DNA from: Azolla caroliniana
Lineage: Eukaryota > Plantae > Polypodiophyta
Reading direction: 5' to 3'
Assembly (NCBI GenBank): GCA_043228905.1
Contig: JBHGNT010000001.1
Span: forward strand, 22,940,001 to 23,004,000
Length of the DNA stretch: 64,000 bases
The notes under the pieces are model-generated. The model saw only the letters and a list, made by a program, of their open reading frames with translations, was not told the origin of the DNA and searched no databases. Position numbers and translations under genes: made by a program. Shown piece after piece: positions 50,301 through 64,000 of this stretch (positions are counted from its first letter, which is position 1; every line of letters starts with the position of its first letter).

Positions 50301-52558
50301 CAATGATGAATGAGGAACATTTTCCGAAATCGTACTGGGCTGAAGCGACGAACACGACCGTCTATCTAATGAATTGTTGCACAACATCCAGAGTACACGA
50401 TGTCACCCCTCACGAGAAGTTCTATGGAAAGAAGCTGAACCTATCCCACTTCATGATATTTGGCTCAATCGCATACATGCACATTCCAAAGCGGCAAAAG
50501 GTAGATCCTAAGTCGAAGAAATGTATCCTCATGGGATACTCCTTGAACAAAAGGGGTATAAGTGCTACAACCCCTCTACCAAAAAGGTACGAGTGAGTAG
50601 GGATGTCGTAGTCAATGAATCGACATCCTAGTAGACGGTCAACTCGGCCCCATCTGACCCAATTGAAACCGATTTAGATATATTCGACTTGGAGGAGGAT
50701 GATCAACCAAGGCTCACATCAAAGGAAAGTCTGATCTCAACCAGATTGAGTGGACCACAGGAGCCACCGACTGACCAAAGCACGACATGGCCGAGTCCGA
50801 AACAGGACAAAGAAAAGGCCAAAATGCCTGAGTACGAAGACTTGGATGGAAACGAATCGAATCACTCACCCGATTGTGAATATGGTGGATTGGATGTGCC
50901 TAACATGAGGACACTAGGGGCACCACATCGCTCCACCCGAGAAAAGAACATAGTCAGTTGATTCGGCGATAATGACTATATGGCATATCATTATGCATTC
51001 ATGATGAAGGGGGCGATAGTTCGAGAGCCGGAAACATTTTCCGAAGTCGTGAAGGACCCGCGATGGATCGAAACGATGAATGAGGAGATGCAAGCACTCT
51101 CCAAAAATGAGACATAGGATCTCATTCCCTCTTTTCCCCACCAGAAGGCAATTGGATGTCGGTGGATATATAAGGTGAAGCATAATGTCGACGACACTGT
51201 CAATCAATATAAGGCCCGACTTGTGGCAAAGGGCTATGCGCAAACACACAGGGTCAACTACGAAGAGAACTTTGCCCCCGTGCCAAAGATGCTACCACGA
51301 ACCGTGATTGCATTTGTAGCAACCAAAGGGTGGCACCTCCACCAAATGGATGTGAAGAATGCCTTTCTTCAAGTCGAATTAGAGGAGGAGGTGTACATGG
51401 TACAACCACCTAGATTTGAATCGATTATGCATCCGACTGTTGTCTATCAACTCAAAAAGCCTCTCTACGTTCTCAAGCAGGCACAGAGAGCATGGCATTC
51501 AAGGATAACCCAATATCTTCACCAAATCTGCGCCAAAATGTCCAAATTTAACAATTCTCTGTTCATCCGGAGCAACTCTAGAGGACAACTATTCATCATA
51601 ATTTATGTGGAACACTTGGTAATCGGAGCAGAGCACATTGAGGATATCGAACATACCAAGAAGTTATACTTTGGACGATTCGAAATGACAGATTTAAAGG
51701 AGCTACATTACTTTCTAGGTATAGAAGTAATTCAGACTCCTAGCGGCATCATGATCTCCCAAAGATACGATATCCTCAATCTTCTTTACAAGTTTGGGAT
51801 GACAGAGTGTAAGCCTGTCGCTACCCCTCTCGGTCGAAATCTACGACTAGATGTTGATTCCGGCACAGAAGAGTATGAGCCGACTTTCTATCTTCAACTG
51901 GTCGGAAGCCTTATTTATCTCACCATCACTCGGCCCAATCTCAGCTACCGGTCAACCTCCTTAGCTAGTTCATGCAGACACCACGAAACATTCACCTGGA
52001 CCATGCTAAGCGAGTGTTACACTATGTGAGTGGGACAATGGATTTCAACATCCTCTACAAATCGGCCACACCGATTCGACTTGAAGGGTACACCAATGTT
52101 GATTGGGCCGGCTACAAAGCCGATAGACAATCAACATAGGATTCTTCTTTTCTCTCGGCCGCGGAGCGATATCGTGGAGTAGTAAGAAGACGCCGACAGC
52201 CGCACTGTTGAGCACTGAAGTTGAATACAAGAGCATTGTCGTCACCGCATGTCAAGCCATTTGGCTCGAGAGAATATTGAAGGATCTAGGCGTTTCCATC
52301 AAGGATCCGATTCTCCTCTATTGTGACAACATGAGCATCACCCACCTGGCTCGCAACCCAGGCTTCCACGCTCAAACTAAGCACATTGAGGTGCATTATC
52401 ACTTCAAACGTGTCCTGGCTAGAGATGTCGACCTACATCACATCATCACGAACCTACAGACAACTGACATCTTCACGAAGGCCCTAGGAGCTGACAAGCT
52501 ACGACAATTCATGACGAACCTCGGTCTCTCGATCGCCGACCAAGCTTGAGGGGGAGTA
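44360..52558 (+). mobile_element. Decayed Ty1/copia element (short LTR remnant, PBS 44424-44434, gag, protease, integrase, RT, RNase H, PPT) with a nested chromovirus
   Basis: PBS tggtatcagag, KLDRNNFASW, WFVDSGASNHMT, WHKRIGH, HSDVWGP, QMDVKNAFL, YCDNMS and DIFTKAL. PPT gagggggag at 52548-52556. No matching 3' LTR recognised. Confidence 0.88.
44903..48738 (+). mobile_element. Ty3/gypsy chromovirus (Tcn1/Tf1-like) with RT-RNase H deleted; LTRs 44903-45355 and 48305-48738
   Basis: 5-bp TSD agagg at 44898-44902 and 48739-48743. Gag and ALLDSGA protease, then a jump at about 47240 to integrase (VDRYTKMAHF, SDRGPQF) and GPF. Chromodomain YYLVDWLGYSPIERTWEP and PPT gaagggggg. Confidence 0.93.
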
Positions 52559-52836
52559 TGGATAAGGAGCAGTCTCAATCAACATCACCAGTGTGGGAAT
52601 ACACCTTAGCATATTCAAGTGTGTGAACACCCCACCTCCTAATGTAGCATTAAAGTTCTATGACACATATTTAGTGTAGTTAAGTCTCCACCTCTCTACA
52701 GTAAGCGGTGGTTGTAGAAAGAGAACATAGAGAGAAGGAGACTACATAAGCACCTCACCTCTATCCCCCCTCCTTGTAAGAGTTGGTTCATTCTTGTTCT
52801 TGTTAATACAATTTTTCTCATTTTCTATATAACTTT

Positions 52837-52869
<33 letters not shown>

Positions 52870-54759
52870 ACACGCACACACACACACACACATATACACA
52901 CACCTTTTGATGCACAAAACCACTCCCAATTATTTACAAACCGAAATTTTAGAAATCCAAAGATGAAAGCATAATCTATGTATAAATATTGGTGTCGGTT
53001 CTTGTACATCTACCATATATAGCAATTTCAAGTACAAGCCTCCAAATTCAAAGATTTGGATGCCCATTGACAAATTTGTAAATGGTGATGGTTTGAAGGC
53101 ACAATATTTACTGTTGCAAATTTGATCTCTCTTTTATCCCAACATGAGTATCGATTCGGCTAGGGTACGAGATTGATGTGGAAGCGGTGATCAAACATGT
53201 CATGCTAACATGTTCTATGATTTGTCGTTAAATAATGTGACCTATTGTTAAAAAACCTCTTCTTCAAGTTCATACCATAAGCATAGTGAACACACACACA
53301 CACACACACATTGAGAGTCGCTACTCACTTTCACATGTATTACGTGAAATGTAATATTTTTGGTGTCATAGGTCATATTTGACCTCCGAAGACAATAATA
53401 GAATCTCTCTCTAAAGAAATGTTATAAGGTGTATCGACAAGGGTCTCTAAAGCACTCCACCATACTATAAGGGGCTTGCAAGTCAAATCCACTCAATCAT
53501 GAATGGTGGAAACTTAAACTCCAAACACTTCATTCGTTGATGAGAGAATTTCCTATTCATATGAGGATTCTGAAGCTACATTGAAACTAAGACCGAAAGA
53601 GGCGAAACCAAGGAACATTACTAGGATGGGATTACATGTGAAGAAATGAGGTCAATTGAAATAGAAATATAGGTTCAAATCCACTTAGTAAGCATGGTGA
53701 TTGATTACATTCCTACTAATGGTACACAATCATTAGCTTATTGGATTCCTTATTGTGGGACTATGAGGTATACTAGAGGAACCCACTATTTGTTATATGG
53801 TACCTAAATTGTGAAAGCTAGGTTATGGGAGAGTGATGACAACTTTGTCTTGTTATGCAAAGCAGAGTGAGCTTCTCCCATTAGATCAATCAAAAGCACC
53901 ATAAATCCCAAATAAATGGTTTCATTAGTGTATGCCAGATCTCATGAAGAACGTCGTGGATAGATCCCGACCATATAATCTATTAAGAGATTAAACCAAA
54001 GAATGAGTTGTACTTGTGAGGTTGAAGCAACCTCGAGGTTGTGTGGAATACGTTTTTACCATGAGAGCTTGGGGGGGTCAAGTTTGTCATTATCATCAAT
54101 GGGAGGTCCCTAATGGGAAGTAACATAACCAAATTGTGTTGACTTGTGTATGTTTGCGGATTTCTCTCGCTGTAGTTGTTGGCTTGGTGGTTCATATTGT
54201 GACATTGAGAGCAATCTATTTGAGCGATCATCGTGGCCATAGTTGTCGTGTCCTCAATGCATAGAATATTGTATTTTTGTTCGTTTTGGGCATTAAAAGT
54301 CGATCTATTCCTCCAATAGATCATAGATGTGGAGGATAAAAAAATCAATCAATATTTCATTGCATGGGTACAACGGGTGCATTGCCTCTTGCAAAGATGG
54401 ATGGTGCAAGTATTTTCTCATCCAAGAACTCTATGGGAGATGGCTCACTTACTTGAGAGAGAGGTATTTCAAAATGGGTTAGGTAAGGTTATATGATTAG
54501 CCTTCAATTAGCTAGCCACATCAACACAACCTCCATTCAATGCAAACAACTAAAGCTCACGGATTCGAGTGCTTTCTTAGTCTAATCACATTCTCGAGAT
54601 TACCCTTACGATGCTAATTGATGGACTAAAAAAAGCTTCATGAGATCGCAAGTGATGTCACATGATTGAGAGGCAACGAGTGGACGGATGGATGTATGTA
54701 TTGGGTGAGGCGGGCATCAAGTAGGCCCATTTGAATGGAGTGGCCAAGGCAAGAAAATT

Positions 54760-55340
54760 ACATGCATGCACACATACATACATACATACATACATGCATG
54801 CATGCATACATCCATGCATATGTACATCCATCCATGCATGCATACATGTATACATACATACATACAATGAAGGGAGATGAAAAACCAGGAATCGTCATGA
54901 TAATGTGAAACCACCAAACTAGAGATGAGCTGCCTAACTACGACTACGCACACACACACACACACACAGAGAATATGTATATAGTGTGTGTGTGTGTAAG
55001 AGAAAAGAGAGAGCGCATTGAAAGCAGACATTTGATTGAGGTTTGGAGTATTGTGCATGGAAATGAGGGCAAAATAATAAGTAATCCTCCTCTCCTCCAT
55101 AACATACATACATACATACATCCTTCATTTTATTAATTCAAAAGTAGGGGAATATATGTATGAGAAAACATAATTTTCAACAGTAAACCAGGAGGAGGAA
55201 ACAAGAAAAGATCAAACAGAAAACAAAGTGAGTGTGCAATCGTCGTCGTCTCTGTCAGTCTGTCAATCTGTCTGTCTGTCTGTCTGTCTCTCTCACCCAT
55301 ACATATTAATTCATTCATTCATTCATGTGTATGTATGTAT
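54760..55340. repeat. Cluster of microsatellites ((CATA)n, (CATG)n, (CA)n, (TG)n, (CTGT)n)
   Basis: Directly visible. Further (TG)n at about 55643-55675, (AAT)n at about 56568-56597 and (TA)n at about 56832-56856. Confidence 0.9.
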
Positions 55341-55635
55341 ATTATAAATCTACATATATGTATGTATTACAGATCCCATCCGATCCTCCCATCTCTCTTC
55401 ATTTCTCTATTCCATTAGCACGAGTACCAGATTCACATTTATTAACACTCATCATACCTCAGTTATTTAAATCAGCAAAACACATGAACGAACAACAGCA
55501 ATTGAAGAACTAGGAATCCTAGCAAAACTGCAGGCTGAGCAGCAGATTTGTCCCCATGGCTCCTCCTCTTTTCTAGACCATCTGAAGTGTTTAATTACTA
55601 CACATACATATATATCTTCATATCCTGTGTTTGTG

Positions 55636-55678
<43 letters not shown>

Positions 55679-56567
55679 AAAAAGAGGAGATGACTAGGAT
55701 CAATGAAGAAGAAGAAGAAGAATGGCGTCAGTCATTCACTGGTGCTGCTGGTGGAGTGGAGCTACTAATAACAAGATCACACACACCCTTGCCAACTACA
55801 ATTGTATGAGTGAGTGAGTGAACTTTAGTATTAGATCCTGATTCTCACAATTTATAATTGCTTTTGGCATCAATTTAGAACCCAATTGCAGGCCATTCGA
55901 CCTCCCTCCGTAATTAGTTACATCCCTCCCTCCTTCCTTAGTTAATTAATTACATTTTACATAATTATAGCACTTCCCCACTTGCTTTCCTGTGGAGTGC
56001 TGCCTAATTAAGCCACTGAAATGCACAATAATAAATGTGATTTCTACTTAAAAGGTACTGATGAAGCTAATTATTACTCTTCTGTTACTTGGTCCTGCGT
56101 TATTCTAGCAAATTATACTAAACGTCTTCTCCGTGAGAGGTTGAGGTCTAGCGTCCTATTACATATGTATATGTATCAATGTAAAGTTGAAGGCAATATT
56201 AGGAAAAGGATTCCATTAGTGCTGCTTATGATTGCCATATAGTGTTAATTTCGATATGGTTGTGTGAAGTATGTAAGGAGACAATTGAATTGTGGGGATA
56301 AAAGTGTTGGATTGGGTGGGGTAGATGAATGAGGGAGGGCGTGGATATTCTTTGTTTGGGTTCTGTATTTTCCTTATTTTCTCGAATCAGGCCTTTTTAA
56401 GTCTTTTTTTTTTTTTTTTTGGTAAGGGAGGAAAGGCTCTACAGATATTTGGTGTGTGGATTCGTTCGTCATGACTGCTTTTTAAAGCATTATTCATACA
56501 AATCTAATTAAAGCGATGATTAAATAATATCATCTAGTAATGTTGTTGTCGCATGAACTAATTAATA

Positions 56568-56598
<31 letters not shown>

Positions 56599-56830
56599 GT
56601 ATACGATGTTAATGATCAAAGGGCATGCATGTTATGGTATGGTATCACACAGTTAATATTACTTTTAAGTCTCATGTAATTAAATGGAACGAATTAATGA
56701 GGGCACAACTACTGTATATACATACATATCTGTATCTATGTATATGCATCAACCACATTCGTAGATTGTATTATGTATTTGGATTTTGAGGTTCAGCCCC
56801 ATGTTTCCTGGTAATCATGGGACTGTATGC

Positions 56831-56863
<33 letters not shown>

Positions 56864-57508
56864 CCCACCCATACATGGATCATTTATGATCTAATCATAC
56901 ACATATACACATGCATGTAAACATACATACATACATCATACACACAGACACATACATACATACATAGTACATTCATACATACATCACATTGCATGAATTA
57001 ACGCAGAAAAATGCAATTAGCTGTTATTGATTAAATCTATCTTTCAATGTCCCTACCTCTGTCTCTCCGTATCATTAGAATGTAGATGATTTACTCACTT
57101 CCAGGGTATAATCTGCTGTTATAATATAATCCGAGCATTATAATTTAACAGCAATGTCACATGATTTTCATCGTTTGGCAGGAGGATTCTCATCACTAAT
57201 TTATTCATGAGATTCAAGGTAAAACTAATAAATAGGGTTTAAGCTCACTAAGTAGAATTCAGCTCTGTATAATAATGTCCTGAGACGAAGGCTGCTCACT
57301 AATGTTTCCATTAATCATGCTTAATGATGGGATTTTTGGTAGCTGTGATTAGTTGAATCCTTTACATAGTGACACCACAAAGTAATTAACGCTCTTCCAT
57401 GCGCATGCAGGAATCAGTCGGTGTGAAGATAGATACTGCGTTTAGAAATCAGGTTGGAATCACTCAGCTGATACGTCCATCACATCAATTAAGCAGGAAC
57501 CTGCATCG

Positions 57509-60500
57509 ATGTTTAACACTGGGATTAACGACGCTACTGTCGTAAACAATCAAAATAATAATGATAAAGATAACGCAGTTCATGGTGGTGTGGATTTAAG
57601 CGCAGGACCTATTGCTGATGAGAATAACAATAACATCAGTAATCCAGATAATTCAGCTGCCACTTCTAATCAACAGGGCTTACCTAAAACGGAGTCTGGC
57701 ACCGCTGATACTCCACTTAGAGACTCGTCTATTCCTGATCCGGCCGCTAATTACGCATTAAGAGAGCTGCTTAGCCCTGAGTCAGATGTGATTAATGCAA
57801 CTACTGACGCTCAAGCGGGATTTAATATCAAATCTATGCTCAGCTATGCGAATGATCTTGATACCTCACAGATGGCTAACCCATGGAGGGCGATCGGCGC
57901 GGAGTTGAACGCTGAGCACTGTGTTAGTCGGGTGATTGATGACCGTAATGATGCAGAGGTGGTGAAACTAGAGAGGGAAGATCGGCAAAGAGGAGATATC
58001 AACGTAGGATTAGGCCCAGGTTATGGCGTTAATTATGCTTCTGCGTCGTCTCTAACCCTCTCCATGGCCATGATCAACTCTACACACCATGCTAATCACG
58101 CCCCTAACAACACCATTTATGACCGTGGGTCTGGGCTGACGCTGTCCATGAACCCGAACCAGGATGCGAATTATGCAACTGAGGATGCAAATAATAACTA
58201 CACTAATCAGGGAGATGGTGGCTATGGAAACCAGGGCACGGATTATGGCTATGGGGATGCTAGAGAGGCTGCTATTGAGGAGGCCAATTATGCGACTCCG
58301 GATGGGAGGTACCTTAATCAAGGCGTTAATTACGTGGCGCAGGCAGTGATGGGTGGTAATTACAACAGTTGGGCGGGTGGTGAAGGTGCGATGGTTGGTG
58401 GTAATCAGGAGGTTAGGGGGGCTAATTACGGCAGCATTATGAATTATGTAGAAGAAGAAGAAGAAGGAGAAGGAGAAGGAGAAGAAGAAGTAGTAGAGGA
58501 GGATTTAAGGAAGAAGAAGAGCAATGCAGAGAAGGGTAACGAGAAAGACGGGAGTGATGGTAGATCAACAACAGGCATTGATTCCACGGCCCGGAAATCG
58601 ATCGACACCTTTGGACAGCGCACATCTGTGTATCGCGGAGTCACCAAGTGAGAGAAATGCTGCCATTAATTTCTCAAGAAACATGAATACTTTTTTCCTA
58701 TTTTCTGGCATAATTGATTCTTTCATTTGTGTTCTCTTGCTTCAATTAAATCTTCTCGTAATAAATAGGGTACCCACACAGTAGGCTGATGCTAAAGCCA
58801 AATTAGGGTTTGTGGCTCATTGATTAGCGTAGTAGTAATCAGACAGACGGATTTTGATGATCTCTTAAAAAAACTTTGGTGGGGTTAACTTACCAGGCAC
58901 CGGTGGACAGGAAGGTTTGAAGCTCATCTGTGGGACAACAGTTGCAGAAGAGAAGGCCAGACAAGGAAAGGAAGGCAAGGTAACAATAAAAGAAAATGAA
59001 ACCCCAAGCCATGATCTTCATATCATTAATTGAGACTGCCATCTATCTGGAAATTGAGGCTCATCAATTAATTTTAATTTGCGTTTAATCTTTCTTCCTT
59101 CCCCTCCCCCCTATCATGCTCTGGTCACATCGACGACTGATACAAATCTGGATATAATGGATCTTGTTGGTATGGATCATCACCGTCATGGCGGCTTCAG
59201 TTTACTTGGGTGGGTAAAATCCTGACTTCTTCATGATCTTTCACATCCCTATTTTGCAGATGCCTCTGTAGATTCCAACATAACTTTTTTGCTCCCCCTG
59301 TACTTATTCAATATTTTGCATGCTACTCGTCATGATTCTCAATGACCCAATAATGGAATGCATAAGTTAATAATGTCATCGAAAATCGACAGTTATATGT
59401 ATTACTGACTGTGCAGGTGGCTATGACAAGGAAGAGAAGGCGGCCAGGGCGTACGATCTTGCAGCCCTCAAGTATTGGGGCCCTACCACCACCATTAACT
59501 TCCCTGTACTGACTTCTTGATTCATCCCATTTAATCTCTTACCATTCGATTAATTGTAACCTCTCTGACACAGAGAGAAGGCAACACAGCTTGATCGTCC
59601 TGCTCCTTCCTGAATCACTCACTCCGTTTGTGTCTTTGCAGTTGGCAAACTATGAGAAAGAATTGGAGGAGATGAAAATGATGACTAAACAAGAGTTTGT
59701 GGCATCCCTAAGGAGGTATGTATGTATGCCTGCACTTGTGTATGATCTCTCTCTCTCTCTCTCTCCATTTAACTAACAACTCGTCCCTCTTAAGGAATCG
59801 TATAAAATGCCTGAATGGCTTATTTAGCGATAATTTCTTCATCAGTAGTAGCAGCAAATTGACATGGTTTCTTCTTGAGTTCAAGATTTGGGCTGTTGTG
59901 TTGTGGTGATCGCTGAGCAGAAATTAATTAAGATTAAGATATGAGTCTGTTCAATTCGGGCTGTTTCAGAGATTGTGTGTATGATTGTAGGAGGAGCAGT
60001 GGATTCTCGAGAGGTGCATCCATGTATCGTGGGGTAACAAGGTACACCATGACTCTTCTTACGTCTTCCTGCAATTTTACACAACATATTCTGTATAATC
60101 AATCCATGGGAGGGAATATTGTGACAGGTTCATCAATCCTCATCTTAACCCATAATATAATTGATTGCATTGCCGATACAGATTTCTGAATGCATTGTTC
60201 TTCATTAGGTTAAACTGCCGTACTTAATTCACATCTGGTTGTAAGAATCATTGTGCACATCAGTGAATAATATTTCACATCTGGTTATAAAGTTTGTTGG
60301 GAAAAAGATAGGATCGTCTTTCTGTCTACCAGTACATGTGTGCATTCATTCTGGTACAATGTTGAGCCTTTCACTTGCAAATTAGAGATCCTCGCATGAA
60401 CTTGAGACCCCAAAACTAATGCTGATTGCTGGGCATCTTGTATAAGCTTGGCAAATGCTTGCTTTAAACTGTAACACCTCTACAGATGATATTGCGTTTT

Positions 60501-63500
60501 CAAGGTGAATGTCTATGATAATCATGTGATTATTATGGAGATTAAGCACATTGGGTTTTCAATGTTAATGATCTCATTCTTGCAACGAGAAGAAAAGGAC
60601 TAATGACAGTGAAATAATTAATTAATGAATATGCAATGGAAAATGATCCAACAGGCATCATCAACACGGTAGGTGGCAAGCTCGCATTGGAAGAGTCGCT
60701 GGGAACAAGGATTTATACCTTGGAACTTTCAGTAAGTTGTGTAATTAATTGGATATTATTTTAATTACAATGTATTGGTGGTAGGCAACCAATAACTTGG
60801 TTTTTGAATCAATAATTATAGACAAGCAAATTTTCTCCCTAAAAGTGTACTATGTTGATTATGGAATCAGATATGACCAGCAACTGGTCGTTGTACAATA
60901 GTTGTGAATGTTAGCTTTAATGCATAATTCTTCTGAGACTGAAGAATTGAATGTTATTATATTTATATGCTCCTTATATTATTTCGTATAGGCACACTTC
61001 CATCCAATTGCCAATCAAGTCCAATCGTTACATACATTTCTCTTTTGCAACATTCATTAGTAAAGCCCTTGAACATTGAGACCGCATTTCGTCTTTTCCT
61101 ACCTTATTGGCAGCTTGGTGTGTATTCATTCTCATCTTTACTGACCTTAGTGGCGAGCAGCTTTGTGACTGCTCGATAGACCGTCGAATGAGCTGAGCCA
61201 CATGAACATTGGTAATATTTGGGGAGATACTGAATTCCAAACATGCTTGAATCCATAATTCAATTGGTGAGTTAGTGGACCAAGTAATACGAGTGCGGAT
61301 CTCGTCTAGCCAGGTATTTAAAGCCATTGTAGGCTGGGGCAGGGTTGGGATGGGAACTTTGTCAAGCCCTCCGCTTGTACACTGTCTAGAGTAATTATTG
61401 AAGGGCATGATGGGATGCTCGACATGGAGAGTTCCTTTGGATTATCTTCTTCGCGTAGTAGGCGTAGTGGAATCCTTGTCCAAATGAGCTCAATGTCAAT
61501 CCATCACGGTTTCTTTAGGCAACACAACTGGCTTGAAACCTGATTCAGCATTTTCTGAGGTTATGACTTGTACGTCCATAGATCTCCCAATGCCTCGAGA
61601 CCTCATGATTATGGTTGAATTTGGGGGAAGCTTGGTCCCACTATCTTAATGTTGAACATTTTCTTCAAGTAAAAGAGAAAACAGGATAGAATCCTTGTGA
61701 TGTCAGAGTTCTCTCTAGGGTTTAGACTTTGTTGGCTTCCCACATGTGGTTGATGCGACTTGCAGATTTATCCCTTTCCGAGCAATTTCTTGTTTGCTAG
61801 GATTTAGCAGCAGTTCATGCTTTGGAAACTGTGATTAGGTTCTTTCTAGCTGTCCTTGAACAAAGAGCAAATAGTGTTAATTGTGTGTGCGGCCCAAATC
61901 ATCGTCTATCACAAAGGGCCCTCAAAGGGATCCTGAATTCATAGACCAACTTTGGGAGTTCAGTTTTGTGAAGTACTAGCATAATCTCTTCAACAATCCC
62001 CAAGAGTCTGACAATGATTGTTTAAGATAGTAAGAACGATGAGGATGAATGAGTGTGTAATGCAATGAAATGTAAGGAATGAATACTAGGTACACAGGAA
62101 GAGGCGGCTGAGGCATACGACATAGCTGCGATCAAGTTCCGGGGAGCAAATGCAGTCACGAATTTTGATATGAACCGATACGACATCCAAAAGATATGCT
62201 CTTCATCGACTAGTACGCCCAATAATATCAATAATCTGCAGTCCCCACTAATGATAAGGTCCTCTAGTAGTGCTAGTGCTAGTGTTAGTAAACCCTTACT
62301 TAATCATAATAACAGTAAGCTAGATTATTATACCAACTATCATCTGAGCGTTCAATCCTCCGCCCCCAATAGTAGTAATAGTAATAGTGGTAGTAATGCT
62401 ACTATGACAGCCAATGATATTGATATCCGTCCCATCCTTCATACCACACCCAGTCCATTGATGATTATGAATGACCACCACCACCACCACCACCATCATC
62501 ATCGCCATACGCACAACCCTAATGAAAGTAATCATAATCTCAATACCATCCTTAGTAGCCATATTAGCTACCCAAAAGATGACCATCACATGAATAGTGC
62601 TACTCACCTTGACAACCCTAGCATGGCCCTTGTTAGCTTGGATCATAGCAATATTCATCACCATAATGGTTTAATGAATCCATTATATAATCATGCCCAT
62701 ACCAACCTGATGAATAGTGGCCACAATAATAGTAATAATAGCACTAGTTCCACTAGAGGACATGATAGTAGTATTCATCAATGGCAATTACAGCTCAATA
62801 TGGGCCAATATATGCCCCATCATGAGATCAATAGTAGTAGTAATCATCCTTCAAATATAATGAGCCACCATGATCATAACAATAATACTATGAATGCTTA
62901 CCATCATCATGACCAATTACAACAACAATATAATCATCACTATACCCCACTGCAACTCCTAATGTGGAGCAAAATGGATCAACTAGAGAGGGACAAATAT
63001 GGATTAAATATTAATCCTAGCAATATAAGTGGCCTCTTCGATTGCAAACGCAATAATAGTAACAATAACGGTAACAATGCTGATCATGATATTCCTGGCG
63101 ATAATAATAACAAGAACAGCAATGATATTAATATGATGCATCATCCTTATTTAAGTTATGGTAGGCCATCATCGGCGAGTGCTACTACTACCGCTACTTC
63201 TTCTTCTAGTACCCCTATAATGCAAGCTCAAAACTTAATCATTGACTTGGAAAGGTCTTTATATAACAATAACAACTCCAACGTGACTGCTACTACCACC
63301 GATTTACTGAATCTCGATGGTAACAACAATGAGAACGATGGAGTTAGGCCGAGTGATGATGACAACAAATCTGGGATGGCCATTATCAATATTAATACCC
63401 GGCCTCCAAATGTTAATCCACCATCTGATCATCAGTCATGGATTCCCTCATCACGTGACCAGTTTCGAGGAGGAGCTAGTACTGCTATAGTATCTCATCA

Positions 63501-63663
63501 ACATCAAGATCATGAACGTGGGGGTATGATCATGAGCAACTCAGAGCAACTGGTACAACATGAGAGTGTAAGTTTTACCGCTATACCTTCTTCATCCATG
63601 ATGGAGCAACTACTAATGCATGTCTATAGGTATGATGTCTATACACCTGCTGGATGCACTTAG
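57509..63663 (+). CDS. AINTEGUMENTA/PLETHORA-like (euANT) double-AP2 transcription factor; 5' and 3' ends uncertain
   Basis: Exons 57509-58647, 58897-58979, 59201-59209 (VYL micro-exon), 59417-59505, 59642-59715, 59991-60041, 60655-60731 and 62090-63663. Motifs: [137 protein letters not shown]. Confidence 0.93.
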
Positions 63664-64000
63664 TATGTATGTATGTATGTATGTTAATGCAGGATGAGCA
63701 AATGTGTAGTAGAGGCGGTGGGGGTACTACTGCTGCAAGTCTTGTGAAATCCAATTGCAATGTACCAGCCGTTCCTCCTCCTATTCCTATGGTAATCAAC
63801 AACAACTCAACACCAGGAACAACATCATGTGGAATGAGCAACAACAGCAGGAGCAGGAGGTTGAATCAAATGTGGGGGGAGATTGGGGATCAACAGTATC
63901 ATACTTCTTGTGATGGATATAATAATAATAATAATAACAATAACATGCCTCCTCCTGCTGATGACCATCATTCACCCTGTCGTGATCATGGCGAAGATCG

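Noticed and set aside
54658-56242. Short ORFs rich in MYVC/HT repeats (also 8078-8371)
   Set aside because: These are translations of microsatellites.
60967-61900. ORFs within intron 7 of the AP2 gene
   Set aside because: They are short with no recognisable motifs. Possibly an old TE remnant, but not supportable.

Overview
Plant nuclear DNA, most likely a fern. This is inferred from a long single-exon PLS-E PPR gene, a plastid insertion with many unedited codons, and Tcn1-like chromoviruses. About 75% of the window is nested transposable elements. The host genes are a PLS-class PPR gene (minus strand, about 10.3-13.8 kb) and a euANT/AINTEGUMENTA-like AP2 gene (plus strand, from about 57.5 kb). 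There is a mosaic plastid insertion (rpoB-rpoC1 joined to psaC), several decayed Ty1/copia elements, three Ty3/gypsy elements and two hAT-type non-autonomous elements. The standout is a TIR DNA transposon at 16609-31418 with 33-bp perfect TIRs and a 4-bp TSD. It encodes a Sola1/DUF7869-like DDE transposase and, divergently, a six-exon gene of about 968 aa that fuses a ParB-like domain to a bacterial-type beta-class N6-adenine/N4-cytosine DNA methyltransferase. This copy is decayed and is interrupted by a young gypsy element. Also notable are chromovirus LTRs that carry an antisense tRNA-like A/B-box module, heat-shock-element arrays and self-priming sites. All family assignments come from reading motifs by eye, with no database searches.
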